Assembly: GCA_035516895.1 (NCBI GenBank)
Contig: DATIZY010000017.1
Location: 3,472 to 67,471 of the forward strand
Direction of reading: 5' to 3'
Source of the DNA: Thermoanaerobaculia bacterium
GTDB taxonomy: Bacteria; Acidobacteriota; Thermoanaerobaculia; Gp7-AA8
Length of the DNA stretch: 64,000 nt
Under the pieces are notes generated by a model. That model worked only from the letters and a program-made list of their open reading frames with translations. It ran no database searches and was not told the origin of the DNA. Positions 1 to 8,349 of this stretch are shown here, in pieces. Made by a program: the position numbers and the translations under genes. Positions within the stretch are counted from its first letter, which is position 1, and each line of letters opens with the position of its first letter.

Positions 1-273
1 TCTTCGACGATCAGAGCTCGGTGGCCTTGTGTCATCGGTTACGGCGGCGTCAAATTCCTGTGTCGCGCTAACTTTCCCGCCATGTTCGCGTCTCAATGTA
101 CAAGATGAGACGGCCCGCCGCGATTCTGATTCTTCTGCTTGTGACGAGCTGCCGCTTTTCCGATTCGGGGAAGCGCCTCGCGGCCGATGCCGTACTCCAA
201 ACGGTGATGCACCTTCAAGCGAGCGCGCCGCTGACCCAGAGCGCAGCGCGCACGCCGGCCGTCCGGGCGCACT

Positions 274-830
274 CACGCGCGTGCCGTCTCATCGCCTCTC
301 CAGAGATTCTGCGACGCGATGCGAAGCGCACGGTTGAACTTTGCCGACGCGTTCTCCCACGCCACGATTTCCGTCAGCTCCACGATCTCGTCCTCGTCGT
401 AGAGCGCGCGAACGCGCGAAAAAAGCTCGTCCGACACATCGCGGCCCGTGGTGCTGATGGCGTCTGCAAATTCCAGGACGGTCCGTTCTTCGGCTGAGAA
501 GAGCGGCGAGGTCGCGTAGTCGTTCAGCGCGAGAAGCTTTTCATCGCTGATCCCGAGCCCGCTGCCGACCGCAGCGTTGATGTCCTGTCAGAATTCGCAG
601 CCGTTCAGAGATGCGACGCGGCGGTTGATCAGCGCCTGCAGCTTCGGATCGATCAGCGCGGAGGCGTCGATGCCGCTCCACATCGCGCGCACGCCGTAGA
701 AGATCGACGGCCGCCGCGCATAGATCAAGTGATTGTTGAGCGGCGCGCCCCATCGTTTTCGCTGCGCTTCGAGCACGGCGCGCACGCGCGGCTCGACGCT
801 GTCCGGATCGACTCCCGAGATTCTGGCCAT
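274..830 (-). CDS. AhpD-like / carboxymuconolactone decarboxylase family protein, candidate selenoprotein: one in-frame TGA (588..590) at the CxxC position, read as Sec to give a ~185-aa protein
   Basis: ORF 588..899(-) ends ...ASLNGCEF-TGA. The same frame continues without a further stop to TGA at 274..276 as QDINAAVGSGLGISDEKLLALNDYATSPLFSAEERTVLEFADAISTTGRDVSDELFSRVRALYDEDEIVELTEIVAWENASAKFNRALRIA..., which is typical of the C-terminal half of the CMD/AhpD family. The TGA replaces the second Cys of the N-G-C-x-(F/Y)-C redox motif. A GGUC-loop hairpin lies 12 nt downstream. Confidence 0.5.
561..575 (-). other. Candidate bacterial SECIS apical hairpin: gcugc-GGUCG-gcagc, 12 nt downstream of the in-frame UGA
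   Basis: Minus-strand RNA reads UGA cag gac auc aac GCUGC GGUCG GCAGC. The spacing and the GGUC loop are the same as the E. coli fdhF SECIS minimal element (UGA, then a ~12-nt spacer, then a stem with a GGUC loop). Confidence 0.4.
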
Positions 831-844
831 GAAAGAATGATCGC

Positions 845-1609
845 ATGCCGGAGCTGCCGGAAGTCGAGATCTACAAACGCTTTTTCGAGCGGCATGCACT
901 CGGACAGACCGTCACACGCGTGCGCGTCCTCGACGCGCGCATCGCCGGCACGCGCAAGCTCTCGCAGCTCGCCGGCCGCGAGTTCCGGCGCGTGCGGCGA
1001 CACGGCAAACACCTCTTCGCCGACGCCGGCGACCTCTGGCTGCACATTCACTTCGGCATGAGCGGCGATCTCGCGTACTACCGCGACGGCGATCCGCCCC
1101 GGTTCGCGCGGCTCATCATCGATTTCGAGGGCGGGGAACATCTCGCGTACGAGGACATGCGCCTCTTCGGCATCGTCGACCTCACGCCTTCGCCCGAGGC
1201 GTATGTTCGAGAGCACGATCTCGGACCGGATCCGCTGGAGATCGATCTGCGCCGCTTCCGCGAGCGCATCGCCGGCCGCCGCGGCCGCATCAAAGCGCTG
1301 CTGCTTTCGCAGAATGTGATCGCCGGCGTCGGCAATCTCTACGCGGACGAGGCGCTGTTTCGGTCGGGCCTCCGGCCGGATCGTCCGTCCGTCCGGCTCA
1401 CCGCTGACGAGGTGAAGACGCTCTTCACGAAGATCCGCGGCGTGTTGCGCGAGACGATCGCGTTCAAATCGCGCGGCGAGACGTATCCCGCGCGCTTTCT
1501 CATCCAGCATCGTGAGGAGGGCGATCGCTGTCCGAAATGCGGCGGGACGATCCGGCGCACGGTTGTTGCAGGTCGGACGACGTACTTTTGCGCGAGGCAT
1601 CAGACGTGA
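845..1609 (+). CDS. Fpg/Nei-family DNA glycosylase/AP lyase (MutM-like)
   Basis: N-terminal MPELPEVE with catalytic Pro2/Glu3, a central helix-two-turn-helix region, and a C-terminal zinc finger CPKCGG...YFCARHQ. 254 aa. Confidence 0.85.
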   Translation: MPELPEVEIYKRFFERHALGQTVTRVRVLDARIAGTRKLSQLAGREFRRVRRHGKHLFADAGDLWLHIHFGMSGDLAYYRDGDPPRFARLIIDFEGGEHLAYEDMRLFGIVDLTPSPEAYVREHDLGPDPLEIDLRRFRERIAGRRGRIKALLLSQNVIAGVGNLYADEALFRSGLRPDRPSVRLTADEVKTLFTKIRGVLRETIAFKSRGETYPARFLIQHREEGDRCPKCGGTIRRTVVAGRTTYFCARHQT

Positions 1610-1614
1610 GCGAC

Positions 1615-2466
1615 GTGACGAGACTCATTGAAAGAATTGGTGATAATAAATCATTACAAAATGCGGCGGAGCCGATCCAGAACGTCGTGCGCGAGGCGCT
1701 GCCGGGCGACGTCAGGAACTTCCTGCACGGCACCTGGCTCGGTCATCCGCTGCATCCCGCGGTCACCAACATTCCGGTCGGCGCCTGGACCGCGGCGCTC
1801 TTCTACGATCTGATCGGCGAAGAGAAGGCGGCGACCTTGGCGATCGGCGTGGGCCTCGCGGGCGCCCTCGCATCGGCCCTCACCGGCCTGACCGACTGGT
1901 CGGAGACCGACGATCGCGCGCGCAGCATCGGACTGCTGCACGGCACGTTGAATGTCGCCGCCACCGCGCTCTACACGGCGTCACTGCTCGCACGCACGAG
2001 CGGACGACCCCGCGGCCGCGGCACCGCTCTCTCGACCCTCGGCTACGCCATCGCGATGGCCTCGGCGTACCTCGGCGGACATCTCGTATTCGCAGAGCAG
2101 GTGGGAGTCGATCACACCGCGACCGCGGACATGAAGAAGCCGGAGACGTTCACGCGCGCGGTCAAGATCGACGATCTGCGCGAGAACAAACCGGCGCGTG
2201 CGCTCGCCGGCGGCGTCGCGGTGCTGCTCGTCAAACGCGGCGACAACATTTTCGCGATCACCGAAACCTGTCCGCACATGGGTGGTCCGCTTTCGGAGGG
2301 AACGATCGCCGGCGACGCGATCGAGTGTCCGTGGCACGGCTCGCAGCTCGCGCTCGACGATGGTCATGTCGTGAACGGCCCGACCGCGTTTCCGGCGCGC
2401 TGCTTCGATGTGCGCCTGCGCGGCGGGTATGTCGAAGTGCGCGCACGGAGCGCGGGCTCTCGGTAG
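1615..2466 (+). CDS. Membrane protein with DUF2231-like N-terminal transmembrane domain and C-terminal Rieske [2Fe-2S] domain
   Basis: C-terminus carries CPHMGGPL...CPWHG, the Rieske CxH...CxxH boxes. N-terminus has several hydrophobic helices (HGTWLGHPLHP motif). The start was taken as GTG just after the fpg stop; GTG at 1606 is an alternative. Confidence 0.65.
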   Translation: MTRLIERIGDNKSLQNAAEPIQNVVREALPGDVRNFLHGTWLGHPLHPAVTNIPVGAWTAALFYDLIGEEKAATLAIGVGLAGALASALTGLTDWSETDDRARSIGLLHGTLNVAATALYTASLLARTSGRPRGRGTALSTLGYAIAMASAYLGGHLVFAEQVGVDHTATADMKKPETFTRAVKIDDLRENKPARALAGGVAVLLVKRGDNIFAITETCPHMGGPLSEGTIAGDAIECPWHGSQLALDDGHVVNGPTAFPARCFDVRLRGGYVEVRARSAGSR

Positions 2467-2505
2467 CGGCGAAGGGCCGTCGAGGCTCCGCGTTATGATC
2501 GCCGC

Positions 2506-2946
2506 ATGCCGACATGGGCGAAGGTGCTTTTCGGCATCGGCTGCGGGCTGGTGCTGCTGCTGATTGCGGTCGGTGCCGGCGTTTATTTCTTCGTCAACCG
2601 GCACAAAGACGAGTGGCTGGCCGAAGGCAGAAAAGCGCGCGAGGAGGCCCGAACGTTCGCCGCCGGACGAACGGGCGCCGACTGCGTCGAGGAGTCGATT
2701 CGGCGTCTGCGCGAATGTTCGGGGCTGATGTGCGAAGTGCGTGCGCGCGTGTTTCTCGACGGCTGTCTCGATGCCGCCGCCGACTCGCCGCGGCTTTGCG
2801 AGGGCGTTCCGCCGCGCAGTGAAATCATGAAAACCGTTCGTTGGTCGCTCGACGAGTGCTCACGGCGCGGCATGCCGGGGAGCCAGCCGTGCTCGCGTTT
2901 GGTCCAGGAAATCCAGAAGTACTGCGACCGAACGCTCCATCGGTGA
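2506..2946 (+). CDS. Hypothetical membrane-anchored Cys-rich protein
   Basis: N-terminal transmembrane helix (VLFGIGCGLVLLLIAVGAGVYFFV) followed by a soluble domain with eight Cys residues. No recognised family. Confidence 0.4.
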   Translation: MPTWAKVLFGIGCGLVLLLIAVGAGVYFFVNRHKDEWLAEGRKAREEARTFAAGRTGADCVEESIRRLRECSGLMCEVRARVFLDGCLDAAADSPRLCEGVPPRSEIMKTVRWSLDECSRRGMPGSQPCSRLVQEIQKYCDRTLHR

Positions 2947-2950
2947 GCGT

Positions 2951-3979
2951 TCATCGCCCGGCGCGCAGCACGAGCGGCATCGCCCAGTCCTGCCGCGCGG
3001 TCGCGATGTCGCGGCTGAAACGCAGCGTCGCGCCGTCGGACATCCACCGTCCGTCGCTGCAGCGTGAGATGGTCTCGATCGTTCTGCCCGTGCGAATGCG
3101 AATCGCGTTGGCCGTCGCCTCGCGCTCGGCGCGGTAGCGGAAGGCACGACGCCAGACGGACGAAAGATCGGTGCCGAGGTCGTTCATGGGCGCGTGCACG
3201 TCGCAGCGGGTCTCGCGGAAGAGCCCTTCGGCGATGCGGCGATCGCGCTCGATCGAATCGGCGAGCCACTTCGTCGGAAAAAATTGGGCGCCGCTCTTCC
3301 AATACGCCGCCGCCTGATATTGAAACGCTTCGAGCAGCCGCGGTACGACGTCGCGCTGCTGCAGCTCGGCGAACCAGGCAGGCGCGGGCAGCGGCATCTT
3401 CCAGCCGATGGCGTTGATCATGCGCAGCATCGACAGCGCCGCCGTCTGCGCCATCATTTCCTGCTGCGGCTCGAGCGAACGAGCGAGGTTCCACACCGCG
3501 TGCAAGTCGTCCCAGGCTCCCGGATCGTGCTTTCCCGCTTTCATGAGCGCGCTCGCGATGAGCGACCTCGCGATCGTCATCTGCATCCCGCGTCTCTCCG
3601 CCGTTTCGTTGTTGCCGACGCCGCTGATGCCGCCGTTGCGCTTCCAGACAATCCCCTCGCGCAGCAGGAGCTCGCGGATTGCGGAGACGTCGGGCAGGAC
3701 CGGCGGCTCGCCGATCGTGAGATCGCCGCGCGCGATCTCCCGCGCGACGTAGCCATCCAGTTGATCGCTTTTCGCCAGCGCGCCGCCGAGCACGGCCAAT
3801 TTCGCAGATGGCGCGTTGCCTGACAGCGGCGGGTACCGGCCGGCGACGGAGTCGAGCGTGCCCAGCCCCGCCGGCCACGTCTGCGCGGCGGCAACGGCAA
3901 CGGGTCGTTCGGCGCGGAACCAGGAGATGACCCAGACGACGAGGGCGAGCGCGGCCACGACGCCCAACGCTTTTTTCAT
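2951..3979 (-). CDS. Hypothetical signal-anchored protein
   Basis: N-terminal [21 protein letters not shown] signal/anchor and protein-like composition. Lies 10 nt downstream of the next minus-strand gene, so probably in an operon with it. Confidence 0.45.
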   Translation of the reverse strand: MKKALGVVAALALVVWVISWFRAERPVAVAAAQTWPAGLGTLDSVAGRYPPLSGNAPSAKLAVLGGALAKSDQLDGYVAREIARGDLTIGEPPVLPDVSAIRELLLREGIVWKRNGGISGVGNNETAERRGMQMTIARSLIASALMKAGKHDPGAWDDLHAVWNLARSLEPQQEMMAQTAALSMLRMINAIGWKMPLPAPAWFAELQQRDVVPRLLEAFQYQAAAYWKSGAQFFPTKWLADSIERDRRIAEGLFRETRCDVHAPMNDLGTDLSSVWRRAFRYRAEREATANAIRIRTGRTIETISRCSDGRWMSDGATLRFSRDIATARQDWAMPLVLRAGR

Positions 3980-3988
3980 GTTCGACGT

Positions 3989-5302
3989 CTAGCGCGAGGA
4001 CGCGGCTGTGACCTTCGCCGTCGCACGCGCGAGATCGGCCACCGACGCCGCGCGATTCGGCGTCCGCAGCAGCGATGCGTTGAATTGCTCGATCGCGTCG
4101 CTCGTCCTGCCGTCCTGCAGGAGCAGCTCTCCGTAGAGCTCGTGCGCCGGCTTGAAATTCTCGGGCGGGCCCGACGGCACGCCGAGCGTCTCCTCCGCGG
4201 CAACGGCGAGCTCTGCCTGGTGCAGCGCATCGTTGAGGTTCCCGCGAGCCGCGTCGAGGAGCGCCGTCGCTTCGAGGCGATCCGTTTCCGATTCGATCTG
4301 CGGCAGCGATTTCCCGGCGTCGTCGAGCCGCTTGCCGGCGATCGACTGCAGCGTTTTGCCGAGCGGCTCGTCGAACGTGAAGCTGTCCCAATCGCCGGTC
4401 TCGACCGCGTATCGCACCTTCATCGTCTCCTTCGGCCGGCCGGTCGCCTCGTCGATGAGCTTCTTCGCTTCGGCGTAGCGGTGCATCTGCAGATCGGCGT
4501 ACTCGAGCCACGAGAGGCTGTGCATGTCGGGCTGCTTCCACTGTTTCGACAGCGCGAATGCGGCCTGATTCGATCGCGCGGTCTCTTCCCACATCCCGAG
4601 CTGCAGAAAGATGTGCGACGGCATGTGCAGCGCGTGCGGCGCCGACGAAGCCACGTTCGCGTAGCGGCGCGCGGCGCGAAGCCCGAGCGGCGCAAGAATT
4701 GGATCGTCATACGCGTGGATCATGTAGTGCAGCACGCCGGGATGATCGGGGTGCGACGGCAGCAGGTCCTCGAGGATCGCCGCCGCGCGGATCGATCTCC
4801 GCTCGTCGCGCTGATGCCATTCGCGTGCGCCGAGGATCGAGAGGGCCCAGAAGGTCTGCGCTTCGACATCCGCCGGAAACGCGCGCGCGAGCCGCTCCAT
4901 CGCCGCTTCGTACGCTTCGTTGCGCTGCTGCCTCTCGCCGCGGCCGTACAGCGCTTCGACCGCTTCGATGTAGCCGCGCTCGCGCGGAGTGGCGGAGGCG
5001 GCGAGCGGAATCATCTCCTGGACGACGCGCCGGCCGCCCTCGATGTCCTGCTGGTTCCAGAGCGGATGGTTGTACGTCATGGCCTCGCCCCAGTAAGCGA
5101 GGGCGAACTTCGGATCGACCTTCTGCGCCTCGCGGAACGCCTCGGCCGCCTGCGGATACGCGAAGTTGTGCAGGAGCAGCACGCCCCGGAGAAACGCCGG
5201 CTGTGCTTCCGGCGTGCCCGAGTTCGGGAAAACGATCGTGCCGAGGTGGTTCTGAGCGTGCGCGGCGGCGGCGAGGAGAGCGATCAGGAAGAATTTCCGC
5301 AT
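3989..5302 (-). CDS. Secreted TPR-like repeat protein
   Basis: Signal peptide MRKFFLIALLAAAAHAQ. Helical repeat-like segments (AEAFREAQKVDPKFALAYWGEAMTY...) consistent with a TPR-like fold. Confidence 0.5.
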   Translation of the reverse strand: MRKFFLIALLAAAAHAQNHLGTIVFPNSGTPEAQPAFLRGVLLLHNFAYPQAAEAFREAQKVDPKFALAYWGEAMTYNHPLWNQQDIEGGRRVVQEMIPLAASATPRERGYIEAVEALYGRGERQQRNEAYEAAMERLARAFPADVEAQTFWALSILGAREWHQRDERRSIRAAAILEDLLPSHPDHPGVLHYMIHAYDDPILAPLGLRAARRYANVASSAPHALHMPSHIFLQLGMWEETARSNQAAFALSKQWKQPDMHSLSWLEYADLQMHRYAEAKKLIDEATGRPKETMKVRYAVETGDWDSFTFDEPLGKTLQSIAGKRLDDAGKSLPQIESETDRLEATALLDAARGNLNDALHQAELAVAAEETLGVPSGPPENFKPAHELYGELLLQDGRTSDAIEQFNASLLRTPNRAASVADLARATAKVTAASSR

Positions 5303-5330
5303 GTCTGCATCTTATTCGCCGTGAGCCTTT

Positions 5331-5446
5331 TTTGAATTTCGAATTTCGAATTTCGAATTTCGAATTTCGAATTGAGAATGACGAATCGGCGATCTCTTCA
5401 TTCTTCATTCTGCATTCTTCATTCGAAATTCGAAATCCGAAATTCA
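5331..5446. repeat. Composite inverted tandem-repeat element: (GAATTTC)x5 tandem at 5334..5368, a 47-nt spacer rich in GAATGA/TCATTC, then inverted (GAAATYC)x3 at 5425..5445
   Basis: Read directly from the sequence. The two arms are reverse complements and could form a long hairpin/cruciform. Located in the divergent intergenic region between the minus-strand gene starting at 5302 and the plus-strand gene starting at 5464. Confidence 0.8.
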
Positions 5447-5463
5447 ATTAGACTCCTCCCGGC

Positions 5464-6171
5464 ATGAGAGTCCGCACCGGCACGAGCGGCTACAGCTACA
5501 AGGAATGGAAAGGCAGCTTTTATCCAGAAGATTTACCAGCAAATAAAATGCTGCAATATTATTCCGGCCGCTTCGAGACCGTCGAAATCAACAACACGTT
5601 CTATCGAATGCCGGACACGAAGATGCTCGCGAAATGGAGCGAACAGGTACCGCCATCGTTCACGTTCGTTCTGAAAGCGCCGCAGCGGATCACGCATCAG
5701 AGGAGACTCGCCGGCGCGGAGGAGGACGTCCGCCAGCTCTTCGACGTCGCCACCGCCCTCGGTCCGCAGCTCGGTCCGGTGCTGTTTCAGCTGCCGCCGT
5801 TCGCGCGCAAAGATGCTGCGAAGCTCCGCGATTTTCTCGGCATTCTTCCGCCGAAGGCGCAGGTGGCATTCGAGTTTCGCCACGACTCATGGTGCGATGA
5901 TGAGATCGACTCGATCCTGCGGGCGCGCGATGTGCCGATGTGCCTTTCCGACACCGACGAGGTCGCCGATCCGAACGCGCTCGTGATTCCGACGGCGTCG
6001 TGGGGCTATTTGCGGCTGCGGCGCACGGAGTACGACGATCGCGCGCTCGACGACTGGGCGCGGCGCGTCGAGGCGCAGCCGTGGCGCGAGGCCTACGTCT
6101 TCTTCAAGCACGAGGACGAAGCGAAAGGGCCGCTCTTTGCCGAACGGTTTCGCCGCAGAATCAGTGCCTAG
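5464..6171 (+). CDS. DUF72 (YecE/UPF0759) family protein
   Basis: N-terminal RTGTSGYSYKEWKGSFYP is the hallmark of DUF72. 235 aa. Confidence 0.8.
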   Translation: MRVRTGTSGYSYKEWKGSFYPEDLPANKMLQYYSGRFETVEINNTFYRMPDTKMLAKWSEQVPPSFTFVLKAPQRITHQRRLAGAEEDVRQLFDVATALGPQLGPVLFQLPPFARKDAAKLRDFLGILPPKAQVAFEFRHDSWCDDEIDSILRARDVPMCLSDTDEVADPNALVIPTASWGYLRLRRTEYDDRALDDWARRVEAQPWREAYVFFKHEDEAKGPLFAERFRRRISA

Positions 6172-6174
6172 TGC

Positions 6175-6873
6175 CTAGGCACTGACGTGTTCGCGAATGA
6201 AGTCGATCGTGCGGCGGATGATCGCCCGCGAGCGGTCGTCATCATTCAAAAGATCGAAGCCGTGCTCGCCGTTCGGATGGGCCATCACTTCGAGCTCGAT
6301 GTTTCGTGTGAGCGCTTCGCTGATGAATGCATCCACCGACGCGTTCAGCGCCTGGTGATCCTTGCCGGCGCGTGCGATCAGCATCGGCGGACAGTGCGCA
6401 CCGCTGCGCAGGCGCTCGAGCGGTGACGCGAGGATCGCGTAGTACGAAACGAGCGCGCGCACGTTCGGCTGATCGAAGCCGAAACTGAGGAAGGGACCGC
6501 CGCCGGAAAATGCCCAGAAGATCAGCCGCTCGGCATCGACCTCCGGCTGCACGCATGCGAACTCGATCGCCTCTTCGACGTCCTTCGTCGCTTGCGCGAT
6601 CGCGCTGCCGAAGAAGCGATGATTGAACGTCATCGCGGCGAAGCCGGACGAGGCCGCGAGCGCGCCGTAATCGCGGAACAGCTGCATGTTCTTCGGCTGG
6701 GCGCCGTCGGGCACCGGACCGCCGTGAATGAAAATGATCGCGGCATTCGGCCGGTCGTCCGGCGCGTAAACGTCGGCGAGGACGCCCGGCGCGTATTCGA
6801 TGTCGCTGCGGACGCGAATGCGGGTTTGCGGCGGACGCAACACCAGCGGCTTCGTTGCAATGGACTCCGGCAT
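6175..6873 (-). CDS. Alpha/beta-hydrolase fold esterase/lipase
   Basis: HGG oxyanion motif (IFIHGGP), nucleophile elbow FSGGG (GxSxG variant), and a conserved acidic/His region near the C-terminus. The start is ambiguous: Met at 6879 or 6873. Confidence 0.65.
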   Translation of the reverse strand: MPESIATKPLVLRPPQTRIRVRSDIEYAPGVLADVYAPDDRPNAAIIFIHGGPVPDGAQPKNMQLFRDYGALAASSGFAAMTFNHRFFGSAIAQATKDVEEAIEFACVQPEVDAERLIFWAFSGGGPFLSFGFDQPNVRALVSYYAILASPLERLRSGAHCPPMLIARAGKDHQALNASVDAFISEALTRNIELEVMAHPNGEHGFDLLNDDDRSRAIIRRTIDFIREHVSA

Positions 6874-6877
6874 GCGC

Positions 6878-7645
6878 ATGCTAACCTTCGCGCTCGTGTC
6901 TCTCTTCCGCAGCGTGGCGGTCTTCTCGCTCCTGTGGCTGCTGAAAGCGCTGAGCAGGATCTTTTATCGCCCCGACTTCGGCTGGATCGGCCCGACGCCG
7001 CGCGATCCATGGGCGGGCATCCGGCTCGTCGTGTTTCTCAATCACACGAGCCTCTTCGAGCCGGTGTTTGTCTGCGGAGTGCCGAACCGCTTCATCTGGC
7101 GTCTCGCCGCGCATGGCGTCATTCCCGCGGCGGCCAAAACGACCGAGCGCCCGCTCGTCGGCATGGTGTTCAAGTTCGTGGCGCACCACGTCGTTCCGAT
7201 CACGCGACAACGCGATCACACGTGGTTCGCGGTGCTCGACCGCATCGATCCGAAGTCGATGGTGGTCATCGCGCCGGAAGGCCGGATGAAGCGCGAGACG
7301 GGCCTCGACCTGCAGGGCAATCCGATGACCGTGCGCGGCGGCGTGGCCGACATCATGCTGTCGATCGAGCGCGGGCGCATGCTGCTCGCGTACAGCGGCG
7401 GTCTGCATCACGTGCAGGTGCCCGGCCATTTGCCGAACGTGTTCGAGCGGGTGCAGATGCGGATCGAGAACCTCGAGATCGCCGACTACATGGCCGAGCA
7501 GATGGCGAAAGGGGGAGCGGGCGAGTTCAAGAAGAGCGTCATTCGCGATCTCGAGGCGCGGCGCGACCGCTACTGCGTCGACGACCGCGAGAGAACGCTC
7601 GTGAATTCGACCGCCGGCATCGGCTCGCTGAACAGAAATCCCTGA
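6878..7645 (+). CDS. Lysophospholipid/1-acyl-glycerol-3-phosphate acyltransferase-like protein (PlsC family)
   Basis: N-terminal transmembrane helix, an NHTSLFEP motif (the NHxxxxD/E acyltransferase block I) and PEGRM (PEGTR-like block III). Starts within a few nt of the divergent hydrolase start. Confidence 0.55.
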   Translation: MLTFALVSLFRSVAVFSLLWLLKALSRIFYRPDFGWIGPTPRDPWAGIRLVVFLNHTSLFEPVFVCGVPNRFIWRLAAHGVIPAAAKTTERPLVGMVFKFVAHHVVPITRQRDHTWFAVLDRIDPKSMVVIAPEGRMKRETGLDLQGNPMTVRGGVADIMLSIERGRMLLAYSGGLHHVQVPGHLPNVFERVQMRIENLEIADYMAEQMAKGGAGEFKKSVIRDLEARRDRYCVDDRERTLVNSTAGIGSLNRNP

Positions 7646-8319
7646 ATGAATTCGCAGCGGTGTTCGCGCAGAAACGCCAGCTGCTCCTCGTTCTCCACCC
7701 CCTCGGCGATCACTTTGAGGCCGAGCTCGTGCGCGAGATCGAGGATGCTGCGGGTGATGGCGCGCGATCGCTCGGACCCTTCGACGCCTTTGACGAACGT
7801 GCCCGGAATCTTGACTCCGTCGACGTCGAGCGTCAGCAGGTGCGACAGCGACGAATGGCCGGTGCCGAAGTCGTCGAGCCAAAGCTCGGCGCCGAGGGAG
7901 CGGATTTCGTCGCCGACGGAGCGGAGATGTTTCGGATTTCTGATGAACGATGTCTCGGTGATCTCGAGATTGAGCCGCGAGATGCCGCCGAGTTTTTTCA
8001 GCCGCTGCGCGAGGCGGCCCTGCTCGAACTCGCGCGGCGAGAGATTCACGTTGAGCCGGAGTCCGTCCCAGCCCGCCGAATCGCGCAGAGCCTGCTGCAT
8101 CATCCACGAGTCGAGGCGGAACATTTCCGGACCTTCCTCGGCTCCGTGCGCGATGGGGACGCCGCTGCGGATCTCGCCGGTCGGACGGCGCGCGCGCAGC
8201 AGCGTCTCGGCCGCGACGATCGTTCGCGAATCGAGCTCGTGAATGGGCTGATAAAAGAGGACGAGCTGCTTCCGGTTCAGCGCGCGGCGGACGCCCGCTC
8301 GAGGTGCGGTCTTCGACAT
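7570..8319 (-). CDS. Stand-alone EAL-domain protein (c-di-GMP phosphodiesterase-like)
   Basis: Carries the QPIhELdsr, NLSPREF, EITET and DDFGTGHSSLS..L motifs, and the KIPGtFV and EGVEnEEQ motifs typical of EAL domains. The start was taken at the internal MSKTAPRAG; the longer upstream ORF region is Arg-rich and not protein-like. Confidence 0.7.
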   Translation of the reverse strand: MSKTAPRAGVRRALNRKQLVLFYQPIHELDSRTIVAAETLLRARRPTGEIRSGVPIAHGAEEGPEMFRLDSWMMQQALRDSAGWDGLRLNVNLSPREFEQGRLAQRLKKLGGISRLNLEITETSFIRNPKHLRSVGDEIRSLGAELWLDDFGTGHSSLSHLLTLDVDGVKIPGTFVKGVEGSERSRAITRSILDLAHELGLKVIAEGVENEEQLAFLREHRCEFIQGFLFSEPMPAVEFTSVLSRSSTQ

Positions 8320-8349
8320 GTCGCCATCAGCCTCTACAATCGGCGCGCC

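Noticed and set aside
96-497. Plus-strand ORF with lipoprotein-like N-terminus (MRRPAAILILLLVTSC) overlapping the AhpD-like gene
   Set aside because: Only the first ~20 residues look meaningful. The remainder overlaps the much more protein-like AhpD-family frame on the minus strand. It may be a short upstream signal-peptide-like ORF, but this is unsupported.
2583-4592. 669-aa minus-strand ORF overlapping two secreted-protein genes
   Set aside because: Low-complexity Arg/Ala-rich translation and out of frame with the protein-like ORFs 2951..3979 and 3989..5302 on the same strand. A GC-bias artefact.
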